Shown: one piece after another, positions 53,701-64,000 of the stretch
Layout: every line of letters begins with the position of its first letter
Numbering within the stretch: the stretch's first letter is position 1
Assembly: GCA_002633005.1 (NCBI GenBank)
Contig: NMRA01000006.1
Span: 874,357-938,356, forward strand
Direction: 5' to 3'
Length of the DNA stretch: 64,000 bases
Source: Phoronis australis
Taxonomy: Eukaryota; Animalia; Phoronida
Notes under the pieces: generated by a model
What the model was told of the DNA's origin: nothing
The model's input: the letters and a program-made list of their open reading frames with translations, nothing else
Database searches by the model: none
Program-made: the position numbers and the translations under genes

Positions 53701-56700
53701 AATAACAATTCTTCACAAGGCCCAAGTCAGTCCATGAGTGTAAAACTAATAATCACCTAACTGGGATACCAGCAGCAGTAAATCAATGTCTCTATGCATC
53801 TTAAAGTCCTGACAAATACACTGAGAGTTAGACTGGATTAAGACATAAACAACAATTGATTTAGTATGAAGAATTATGGACACACAGAAAAAATCTTAAA
53901 CTGTCAACTAGTCTTCGAAACAAACAGAATAAGTGCACATACATAGATAGAATGGTGCCGATAACTTACTATTTACAGGAGGAATGATTTTGTAGTCCAC
54001 TTCTAGAATTGCAACATCTAAACCCCAGTCCATAATCATCGGACACAAAAAATATCATCTAAAGTCAGACTTGGACCACAAAACTCAACGCAACCATGAA
54101 AAGTTCTAGGATAATTTCAAATGAAAGAGGTCTGTAGATAGAGTGTTCCCCGAGTGATATTTAATCTCTGAGACATGAGTTGGAGCAGATACATGTGTGA
54201 TATGGGGTCAAATTTGGTTCCTCAGTCTTGGCTTATTATTCAAAATGTGTGCGACTGTAGTACATGCGGTGCATGTGTGCAGTTAGGGTATACAGCAGAT
54301 ACGAGGGCTTTAACCAAATGCATGCTGTTTGGTGCTAAGGGACTTGGGAGCTAAATGATTATAGATGACATTTCCACGTCTGACCATACAATCATTCCCA
54401 CACCCTGACTTCTGAACTTGGAAAATAGCAGATGAAATGCTTTTTAGACGTGATAAATACGCGTTCAACATTAGAGTATCATTTCTTGGCATTACCTAAT
54501 TATATTAATTGCACCAGGTCACCCGTTCTGTGTAGTGTCTCATAAACACTTGAGGTGGTGCTAGACATACTTTTCAGAAGAAGTGGAAACAACAAACGCC
54601 GGGACTCACCTGATACTGATGCATTGATGAATCCTGCAAAACGTCTCAAAAATGAACAAGCGGGCATTCTCGATGAAGTCATCTAGACAAGCCACCAAGA
54701 AGAAGTCATTCACAAGAACCTGTAATGGTCAACAGCCTCGCTTTAAAAATCTGGTTGTAAGTGTACATGGCTTACCTCAGCTCCACTGATTCATTACTTA
54801 GTTTTACAGCACAAAAAAAAACCAAAAAAACCACCAAAGTCTGATCTGAAAGATAGTATCCCAATAAGGCAAGGTTTGACTTATCTGAAACGCCTAGAGC
54901 ACAAACCGTACATAACCGTGCCTTGGGAATTTCATCCAAGTTAAGTGAAAATCTGGCTTATGTATTCTTCTGAGTTTTACTGTAAACACTGAATTCTGAC
55001 ACTTGATGACATGCACGGCACTACTCGGTTTAAACACATACAGGGCCTCAAGTACCACAGAACTTCTGACAATACCTTGGCCACAATTTTTATCATAATA
55101 GCCTTTCATCTAATACACCACACATAAAAATCAAAGCAAAACATGATACTGCGTTATTTAAAATTGAATCCAGAAGCTGACCTGTCAAGTATTCAGCAAG
55201 CAAACTTTCTGACAAATTAATAGCTAAATTTAGTCATAAAAATAACAAAACTTTGTTCACAAGCTAGACACTATTAACCCAGGAGGGAGTGCCATTAAAA
55301 GTCAATCTATGACCAGTAGTGCCACCTACCATCTCACAATCTCGTAACTTTTGCTGGGCACCATCAAAGTCAAAGTTGACATAAAGACACTCTAAAAACT
55401 CAGTAATGGGGTCTCTGTATGTGTAGGATTCCTGCAATTAAACAAAAGAAAGTCGTTACCAACGCATTTCATGCATTTTAACAATACTTGTGCAAACCAA
55501 AGTAAAATGAAGAAATGTTTGTTCCAACACAGTAGGTTTGTATAGATAAAATATATTTTCAAAGAACTCTTGTTACTTAACTATTCATAATCTCACTATT
55601 TCCCTTTTTCTGCTGATGATGGCCCACACATTTTACTTTGGGGTTGTACACTTTCAGTCCCGTGGAAACCTCAGTGCACGCTTTCCTCAATCAAATTTAT
55701 AATTATAATACAATACAATATAATACAACATGACATAGTGCAGTTTCAATTCATTTTGTTGTATCAGATATGTAAATGGTGTATCCACAGACGTCTCACA
55801 AGCGAGTTAAAACAATTTTTCATGATCAAGGTCAGAAATAAGCACAAAATGACTAAACCTTAACTTCATTATGTCAAGAAATAATGCGATATTTTCTAAC
55901 TTCATCTTAACTCTCGCCACCAGAGTGGTCATATGTCATTGTATGCATGACCTTACCTGTTGAATGACCTTCACCAGATCCTTGAGAACTGTTCTCCTCC
56001 TTTTGTTGGTGATGACGGCCGTGGTCAGGTAGCGCAGAATATGAGGACACATGGTCTGGATAGCATTCAGGTACCTGCGCAAATACATAACACTCACTGG
56101 ATGACTGTGACAGTACAAGCTGTTCTTTGAAATGATCTGTGCATTGTTGTGTATCAATGTTCAAAGTTGGACCTTGCACCAAATTTTCCAAATAGATTTC
56201 ATTGACAGACTCAAATTCTAGAATTATGATCAACAATAAATCGTCACTCAACTTGATAAAACAAACCACAGACAGACAAAAAAGCATTGTGTCTGCCACT
56301 GTTTTTGACAATATTATAACTCGCTAAGTTCACTTTCAGACTACGTTGATGCAACCGCAATGCCCGATATTTTAGAAATAAGATGAACGCCAAAATGGTC
56401 CATATCCCTATCTTTAGAATCGAGAAAATTCAATCAAGTTCGGCTTGAATTTTGGCGTCTCAAATTTCAGAGGCTGCCCAAACTGGAGCACTTTTACAAC
56501 ATTCGTTAATTAGTACATCTCTTACACTGGTCTTGCTTCACCAGTCTAAAGTAACAGGTTACTACCGAAGACAAACAGTATAAACTCATCACACTGCCAA
56601 TAGGGAAGTGAGTACTTACTGCTGTTGGTACAGGAACATGTCAATGATGTGGTCACGACCTTTGGGATGATTGAAGAACACGAACAAGCTCCAGTGAATG

Positions 56701-59700
56701 AGCCAGGTGCGCTGTTGCAGTGACTGTAGGGCTGACTGGAACGGCTGCAATAGAATGAAGCAGTCACTCACATGCACAGTTAAGTCAACATGTTGTCCAT
56801 ACTGGCAGTCAAATGACCACCTACACTGCGCAAGTCACATGTCCACTTATACTATGCAACTCAGCTAATTGTCGAGGCTTGCCAAGACCAACCCTCAGTG
56901 CAGATATCAAAAAAATAAATTACAAAAATATCTTGTGACAGAGCAAAGATGTTCGCCTATACTCAAACTTAAGAGTGCAGTACACTTCAGACCAGGCAAA
57001 AATCCATGCAGGGGTGATAAACCCTATGTGACGGATTTGGATCATATTATGCATTTTTGTTTACTTTCTTATGGTAATTACTAAAATGCACTTTAAACAA
57101 ATTCTATCGCGTTAGGTAGCTTAAAAGTCGGGTACCTCAGTTTTCACTGAAAAACACTATCAGAAGTTACCCCAATAATCACAGTTTTCGTGACATTGTA
57201 AGTAATTACAGAAGCTACTAGAATATGAAATAGCTACTGTTTTGTATAAAGTCATCCATTGTCTTCCTAAAAATGNCTACAATGCGCAAGTCACATGTCC
57301 ACTTATACTATGCAAGTCAGCTAATTGTCGAGGCTTGCCAAGACCAACTCTCAGTGCAGAAATCAAAAAAATAAATTACAAAAATATCTTGTGACGGAGC
57401 AAAGATTTTCGCCTATAATCAAACTTAAGTGTTAGTTTTCACCTCATTTCCTAAGTTTCACCATAACAGATTCATACAGAGCCTCTCTTTGGAAACTCAC
57501 ATTAATGGCACTCCTCTTGTGTGTTAAATGAAACAGACAGACAGACAGACAGACCGATAGAAAGTCAGTCAGTCAGACAGACACAGACAGTTAGACAGTA
57601 ATCAGTCACGACAGTAATCAGTCAAGTAGGCCGTATCATATTAATGGTGACTGATCATTAAGAACAAGCAAATCTTTATCAAAGAGCACACACATATATT
57701 GGACAAATGGATCAAGCAAAATAGCAAGCACCCACTCACCGCAGCTTCAATGACATCCTTCAGCCTGTTCAAGTCATCTAAAGCAGTTTCCCAATTCTGC
57801 ATAAGGATTTCTGATGCTAATTTTCCCCACAATGCATTCAAAAAGTTTTTATCTTCAGGTGTTACCTGCATCAAGAGATAAACAAGTGCAATTTAAAGAT
57901 ACAGTAATTCTTACTCAAAAGTATCATTACTGTGCAGGGCTTGGAAGGACCAAATGACAAAAAACGCGGAAACTTTTACAGCCCAAAACAGGCGTGCTAC
58001 CCAGCTTTGAAATAGTCGATATGAGCCTTTCGCCGACAAAAGTTGGGAGGACTAAAAAAAAAAACGTTACCACCATCAGTAGCATGCATCCGCGTCTCTT
58101 CACATTTTTGACTGCGGAGCCGTAGTTTTGTCACCGCGGTTTACAATCACACGAGTCGCCACTGAAAATCCCACCACGCTATCCCAGATGCCCCAGCAAT
58201 GTTGACAATTTACGTTCCTCCGAAACATAAAGAGCAACTTCTGCTTTTCGAGGCGAACGTCGTCGGCAAAGCCGCGGTAAGAAAGGAATTTGCCGCGGAA
58301 ATTTTATATCAAATCCGATTTTTTTTACACGGAAATATAATAAAATGCGCGGACAGATATTTGAAAAAAAGCGGAAATCTGCGTTTCCACGGAAAATTCC
58401 AAGCCCTGACTGTGACACAGGGATAGACATGAGTGAGTAAATGCTTGAAAAATATGTGTGGAAAAAGTTGACTGCACTCGTATTATTTGTACAATCGTAT
58501 GTTCAGGAGGTTTTTTTTGGTCACCACATTTTACAAGTGAGCCCAAATATGGGAATATGAGTGGCAAATATGCTGCCACTTGTATTTTCGAGCAGACATT
58601 TTTGCCCGTGTCGAGCACTGTGCGATGAATAATACAAAATGTTACACCACAACGTAAACTGTTTTATTGTATGAATTGAATTGTCCACGATTGCTCAGTA
58701 TCTTTTTCTTAGCTCCACCTGGTGGTCACTTGTAGAATTATGTTGTTTGTTTTCATAGTTGGACACTTAATAAAGTCAGCCTCTCAACATGAAACGTGGT
58801 TTGGTGTTGTTTTTTAAAAAGCTTTTTTAACATTCAACACCAGTTCCTAACTATTGAAAAAATACATAATCAGAATGATCAATATTTAAGCCTAGCACTT
58901 CAGTGGAGGATTTTCTCATATCAGATGTTATAGCCAGTTTACACGACGGAATTGACAAAGTCAGTCAAGCACAGTTACTGTCTTCTGATCAGATGAGACA
59001 TGACCACAGCACCACCTACTGGTACATTGCAGTGGGAGGCACAGGGGAACTAATATTTCTGTTGTAATGACATACTTAATGCATTGTGTGCAATAATGAA
59101 AATGCCTCAAGAGCTTGATGAGAATAACATCCAAATACTCCCTATTATGGTACAAATTCTCCAATTTGGGACAGTCTCTAAAATATGGGACACAGAACCT
59201 CTCGAAAAAATGAATTTTCTTCATTCCAGATCTTTGGACAAGGGCGATTTTGCCATTCACCATATTTCTCAAATTTCAAACAATGAGTTTTCAACCTACA
59301 GAGTGGGTAATTTTGCGTCTTTCTGCTGATACTTGAATATGGCACGACTAATATTGTCTATTTCTAGAATTTGGAACAAGCTTCAACCTTGATAAAAAAA
59401 AAAATATCTTTTCACTGTCCTGAATTGGAGAAGATTTACCATGTCAGTTGGCATGGGTTTGTAAATGTCTGTCAAATATGTTAAATGAAGGCCGAACAAA
59501 ACTTCATACATGAATGATAAGTTGACTTACCAACACTCTAACAAAATATAAGTACTCAGCAGCTCCAGAATAGTTGCCACACTCATACTGAAACTTGGCA
59601 AAGTTGTACAGAGTCTTCAGCATCTCCGGCTTGAACTGAAAAAATATTGAGAGCATAATTGAGGGAACAAGGTGATACAAGGGTTTGAATAACGATGAGT

Positions 59701-62700
59701 CCAAATATACTCATCAGTTTTGTTTTGAAGTAAAAGCCCAAATCATAACGAGGAAGTTTTGGAAATGTTTCACTCACATACTATTTCCTTGTACAATGTC
59801 ATTCTTGACATTTCTGTTAATTTTGATGGTCCTAACAATGATTAAGCTTCACAAGTTAATTCGATTTAAGACTAAAATATCCACCAGCGATAACAGAACA
59901 CCATGTTGCGTCAACATTAGAACACAAAGCAAAACCACAATGACCGAAAACTGTAATACTAAAGATGACACAAATGTTGAGAGCAGAAAGATTGTTTGTT
60001 ATGTTATGGAGAACATCATGAAGGTTTTGTGTGAAGCAATATGGCCAGCGTCAGAATGCAAGTATGTCTACTTTAGAACTGCTTAAATAGTCTGTCAGAC
60101 AACCACGGACAGCTCAGTGAGACATCCAGCCACAGTAGACCGCACCACATTTTTAACNCATCAAAAGATAAACAAGTGCAATTTAAAGATACAGTAATTC
60201 TTACTCAAAAGTATCATTACTGTGACACAGGGATAGACATGAGTGAGTAAATGCTTGAAAAATAAGTGTGGAAAAAGTTGACTGCACTCGTATTATTTGT
60301 ACAACCGTATGTTCAGGAGGTTTTTTTTGGTCACCACATTTTACAAGTGAGCCCAAATATGGGAATATGAGTGGCAAATATGCTGCCACTTGTATTTTCG
60401 AGCAGACATTTTTGCCCGTGTCGAGCACTGTGTGATGAATAATACAAAACGTTACACCACAACGTAAACTGTTTTATTGTATGAATAGAATTGTCCACGA
60501 TTGCTCAGTATCTTTTTCTTAGCTCCACCTGGTGGTCACTTGTAGAATTATGTTGTTTGTTTTCATAGTTGGACACTTAATAAAGTCAGCCTCTCAACAT
60601 GAAACGTAGTTTGGTGTTGTTTTTTAAAAAGCTTTTTTAACATTCAACACCAGTTCCTAACTATTGAAAAAATACATAATCAGAATGATCAATATTTAAG
60701 CCTAGCACTTCAGTGGAGGATTTTCGCATATCAGATGTTATAGCCAGTTTACACGACGGAATTGACAATTAAGTCAGTCAAGCACAGTTACTGTCTTCTG
60801 ATCAGATGAGACATGACCACAGCACCACCTACTGGTACATTGCAGTGGGAGGCACAGGGGAACTAATATTTCTGTTGTAATGACATTCTTAATGCATTGT
60901 GTGCAATAAGGAAAATGCCTCAAGTGCTCGACGAGAATAACATCCAAATACTCCCTATTATGGGACAAATTCTCCAATTTGGGAAGTCTCTAAAATATGG
61001 GACACAGAACCTCTCGAAAAAATGAATTTTCTTCATTCCAGATCTTTGGACAAGGGCGATTTTGCCATTCACCATATTTCTCAAATTTCAAACAATGAGT
61101 TTTCAACCTACAGAGTGGGTAATTTTGCGTCTTTCTGCTGATTCTTGAATATGGCACGACCAATACTGTCTATTTCTAGAATTTGGAACAAGCTTCAACC
61201 TTGATAAAAAAAATATCTTTTCACTGTCTTGAATTGGAGAAGATTTACCATATCAGTTGGCATGGGTTTGTAAATGTCTGTCAAATATGTTAAATGAAGG
61301 CTGAACAAAACTTCATACATGAATGATAAGTTGACTTACCAACACTCTAACAAAATATAAGTACTCAGCAGCTCCAGAATAGTTGCCACACTCATACTGA
61401 AACTTGGCAAAGTTGTACAGAGTCTTCAGCATCTCCGGCTTGAACTGAAAAAATATTGAGAGCATAATTGAGGGAACAAGGTGATACAAGGGTTTGAATA
61501 ACGATGAGTCCAAATATACTCATCAGTTTTGTTTTGAAGTAAAAGCCCAAATCATAACGAGGAAGTTTTGGAAATGTTTCACTCACATACTATTTCCTTG
61601 TACAATGTCATTCTTGACATTTCTGTTAATTTTGATGGTCCTAACAATGATTAAGCTTCACAAGTTAATTCGATTTAAGACTAAAATATCCACCAGCGAT
61701 AACAGAACACCATGTTGCGTCAACATTAGAACACAAAGCAAAACCACAATGACCGAAAACTGTAATACTAAAGATGACACAAATGTTGAGAGCAGAAAGA
61801 TTGTTTGTTATGTTATGGAGAACATCATGAAGGTTTTGTGTGAAGCAATATGGCCAGCGTCAGAATGCAAGTATGTCTACTTTAGAACTGCTTAAAGCAG
61901 ACTAGTCTGTCAGACAACCACGGACAGCTCAGTGAGACATCCAGCCACAGTAGACCGCACCACATTTTTAACCAACGCAATTAACAAATTTTAATTGAAT
62001 TACAATTTCTAAATGAAAATGTTGGGACTTGTTGATCTAATAGACCTATGGCCTAAATGGTAGCCCTTAAGGTTCCGGTTGCAGCATCAACATGCAAGTT
62101 TTGAATAAACACAGCAAGTTTTAGCACAAGAGTACCTGCTGGTAAGTTAGTGGACCCATGCCCCCCTGACCCATTACTCAAATATAACCAAGTTGTTTTG
62201 GCAAGTTTTATGTCTTCAGGAAATCAAAGATGAGTCACACTGAATGCTAGGAGTAAATTTGGAAATTGACGCAGAAACAATCACCATGTTCCCACAAAAC
62301 AGTGCAAAGTACTGTGACAAGGTATTTACTTTGAAAGTAGGACAGTTGAACCAAACTGCTCATACCGAGCGACACTCCTAGAAATATCGACGCGACGATG
62401 TTGGTATATAGGTCATAAAAACTCGCCATGTTGCTTTTGCTAATGCAAAAAATATGAAAGAAAAAATGATGTGTACTACTTACATCATAATTTTTAGACA
62501 AAAACTCAAATAACTGTCGGCCATCTCTGGAGCTCTGGATCTGACGTAGTACTTCTGGCTCTTGGAACATGGCCACGATGTCATCGGTGTCGGCACTGAG
62601 ACTCTTCAGTTGTGACACAACATCAGAGCGTTTTTCACGTAAACCTGGGGAGGAAATTGAGTTATTAATATGGTTGATTAATCATGGCAAACAGAATAAG

Positions 62701-62986
62701 AACAATGAAGCATGAGATTCCAGATTTGTATTTTCTGTCAACTTTCTCATTAACATGCACTACAAGAATCCGTAAAATATAATTGTCAACCTTCATGAAA
62801 TCCTTTTAACAATCCATTTTCAACCGACGAAAATAAAAGTTTTAACAATATGGCCGCACTATACATACTGCTGGGAACTTGTTGACTGGGATAAAGATTC
62901 TGGTGAACGTCCATGGCAAAGTCGACCATGTTTGTGTTACTCAGAAGGTCCAGCTTTCCCTTCAGCATCTCTTCCTCATTATACAA
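47722..62986 (-). CDS. EIF3E: Eukaryotic translation initiation factor 3 subunit E (INT6), 5'-partial; exon 1 lies beyond the window
   Basis: Eleven distinct in-frame GT-AG exons encode eIF3e motifs: [69 protein letters not shown], and the PCI domain through [18 protein letters not shown]. Confidence 0.98.
47900..48066. repeat. ~42-bp minisatellite, about 4 units (atttgtggYgcaagtgtac...gataac)
   Basis: Seen directly. Confidence 0.75.
49232..49293. repeat. 15-bp x4 perfect tandem repeat (gtcttggttagccca)
   Basis: Seen directly. Confidence 0.95.
49830..53000 (+). repeat. Degenerate ~145-bp-period satellite-like array; most units carry a CTCF-like CCACTAGRDGGCRC motif
   Basis: Motifs at 49937, 50100, 50291, 50430, 50653, 50902, 51054, 51335, 51483, 51628, 51770, 52712 and 52903, all on the same strand; three unit types cycle with a ~430-bp higher-order period. 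Confidence 0.8.
51833..52494. mobile_element. 662-bp TIR element inserted in the array, TATA target duplication
   Basis: tata|ggtggcactgaatagtt ... aactgttctgtgcctcc|tata; inverted homolog of 13310-13969. Confidence 0.88.
53131..53262 (-). CDS. EIF3E: EIF3E exon (132 nt)
   Basis: tttgtag|[44 protein letters not shown]|gtgagt. Confidence 0.95.
53518..53620 (-). CDS. EIF3E: EIF3E exon (103 nt)
   Basis: gtttctag|[35 protein letters not shown]|gtgagt. Confidence 0.96.
54610..54719 (-). CDS. EIF3E: EIF3E exon (110 nt)
   Basis: attacag|[36 protein letters not shown]|gtgagt. Confidence 0.96.
55330..55431 (-). CDS. EIF3E: EIF3E exon (102 nt)
   Basis: attgcag|[34 protein letters not shown]|gtaggt. 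Confidence 0.96.
55957..56074 (-). CDS. EIF3E: EIF3E exon (118 nt)
   Basis: tttgcgcag|[40 protein letters not shown]|gtaagg. Confidence 0.96.
56620..56744 (-). CDS. EIF3E: EIF3E exon (125 nt)
   Basis: ttctattgcag|[41 protein letters not shown]|gtaagt. Confidence 0.96.
56821..57429. repeat. 153-bp direct duplication (56821-56973 and 57277-57429) around N57276
   Basis: Near-identical copies; the second begins immediately after the N. Confidence 0.85.
57740..57865 (-). CDS. EIF3E: EIF3E exon (126 nt)
   Basis: atgcag|[42 protein letters not shown]|gtgagt. Confidence 0.96.
57935..58408. mobile_element. 474-bp MITE, perfect 12-bp TIR CAGGGCTTGGAA, 6-bp TSD ACTGTG
   Basis: actgtg|cagggcttggaa...ttccaagccctg|actgtg; the empty site (single actgtg) is visible at 60219-60224. 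Confidence 0.93.
59531..59635 (-). CDS. EIF3E: EIF3E exon (105 nt), identical copy B within the duplicated segment
   Basis: Same sequence and splice sites as 61340-61444; probably the other allele. Confidence 0.8.
61340..61444 (-). CDS. EIF3E: EIF3E exon (105 nt), copy A
   Basis: ttttttcag|[35 protein letters not shown]|gtaagt. Confidence 0.93.
62484..62644 (-). CDS. EIF3E: EIF3E exon (161 nt)
   Basis: ttcctccccag|[54 protein letters not shown]|gtaagt. Confidence 0.96.
62869..62986 (-). CDS. EIF3E: EIF3E exon (118 nt)
   Basis: tttgttgtag|[39 protein letters not shown]|gtatgt. Confidence 0.96.
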
Positions 62987-63130
62987 CTACAACAAATAAA
63001 GAGATAACAGTGACGTAGACATAGACAATGACGCAATATACTTCCCACGGATTACTATGTTTATCGCTGAAAAAAACACAAGCAACTTCAAACCAAAGGA
63101 GGGTTTCTTTACTAAAATGAAACATGCATA

Positions 63131-63225
63131 CAGGGCTCAACATTAACTTTTTAAGCCTCTTGCCCTTCGGGCAAGTAGTTGAAATTTTTACTTGCCCGAA
63201 CAACGAATTCACTTGCCCCAAGTAC
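63131..63225 (+). mobile_element. Truncated hAT-like MITE end (CAGGGCTC start, cttgccc subterminal repeats)
   Basis: cagggctcaacattaac followed by repeated cttgccc/gggcaag; no matching right end seen. Confidence 0.45.
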
Positions 63226-64000
63226 AATCCCAAAGAGCACTGTGCATGTGCACATAGGTAATGTGTTACCGTAGGGCTGCCTGTGCTGAGCCTCCTCTTG
63301 TGTTGTGCATGCTATATACATGAGTTGCTATTTTTTTAACGATTCTTCTTATAGAACATTTATTTATAAGGTGTGTCAAAACACTAGAGAGACAAATTAG
63401 AAGAGTAACTCAGGTATCTGAACCATTGTCACACGTTCACAGGCGCCGAAATGAGCTAGGGCATGAACTCTAGACACTTCTGTGTATTCATTAGTTTATA
63501 CGCACTCATGCATTAAACTTGAGTTGTTGCTAAACTGAATTTCAATTTTTGCTATCCGTAAAAATCTTGCACAGTTTTGGTCATCGGTACCTTGTATTGA
63601 ATTAAAATCAAATTTTAACATATAATAATGCCACATGTACTTTTATTTTCAATAAATAATTACATTTTTGAAAAATAGATAGACCGCGAAAAAGTCACCC
63701 TTCAGACTTCAGAACGGCAATCCCGAAGACCGTATTCCTCTTCTTTCGGGAGTCGCCACTGGGAGCCGGGAAATTCATAAGAATAATCAATGTCCTTTGG
63801 AATTCCCCCTGAATAAATACCAGGCCTTTTAAACTGCTGTGTAGTGTAGAAAATATGTCGTCAATCATTCACTTTTTAGCTTTTGCGCTTATCTGTATGA
63901 CTTACATCCGCTGACGAACGCGGTGCATCCAGCTGTACATGGGTAAACGCCGGCAAAAATCAAACGTCATCCCTTGTTCACTGTCTCGCAGGCCAGAAAA

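Larger units (their letters stand above)
57869..61972. repeat. Direct duplication 57869-60157 vs 60159-61972 joined at N60158, including one EIF3E exon; probable haplotype overlap
   Basis: Near-identical apart from SNPs, small indels and a 474-bp insertion present only in the first copy. Confidence 0.9.

Noticed and set aside
63897-64000. Donor-like gtaagtca at ~63905 as the end of EIF3E exon 1
   Set aside because: The adjacent sequence does not encode the conserved ..DRHLVFPLLEFL.. N-terminus; exon 1 must lie beyond the window.

Overview
Eukaryotic, AT-rich, intron-containing DNA from a metazoan, probably an invertebrate deuterostome (inferred from a canonical R-spondin and the repeat style). 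Two spliced genes lie in tandem on the minus strand. One is an eIF3 subunit E gene (EIF3E/INT6; exon 1 is outside the window, coding exons at 62986-47722). Downstream of it is a complete 5-coding-exon R-spondin gene (ATG 33360, stop 19218, 292 aa: signal peptide, two furin-like repeats, TSP1, long basic tail). This is the same order and orientation as vertebrate EIF3E-RSPO2, the pair fused in some colorectal cancers. The rest is intron or intergenic DNA with MITEs and other DNA transposons (one carrying a decayed THAP finger), a 5'-truncated L1/Tx1-type LINE, mini- and microsatellites, and a ~145-bp-period array of co-oriented CTCF-like motifs in the last EIF3E intron. Several duplications abut single N bases and are most likely haplotype or assembly overlaps; they expose filled and empty alleles of transposon insertions. 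Most ORFs in the supplied track are spurious. All coordinates and translations were done by eye, and vertebrate comparisons are from memory.
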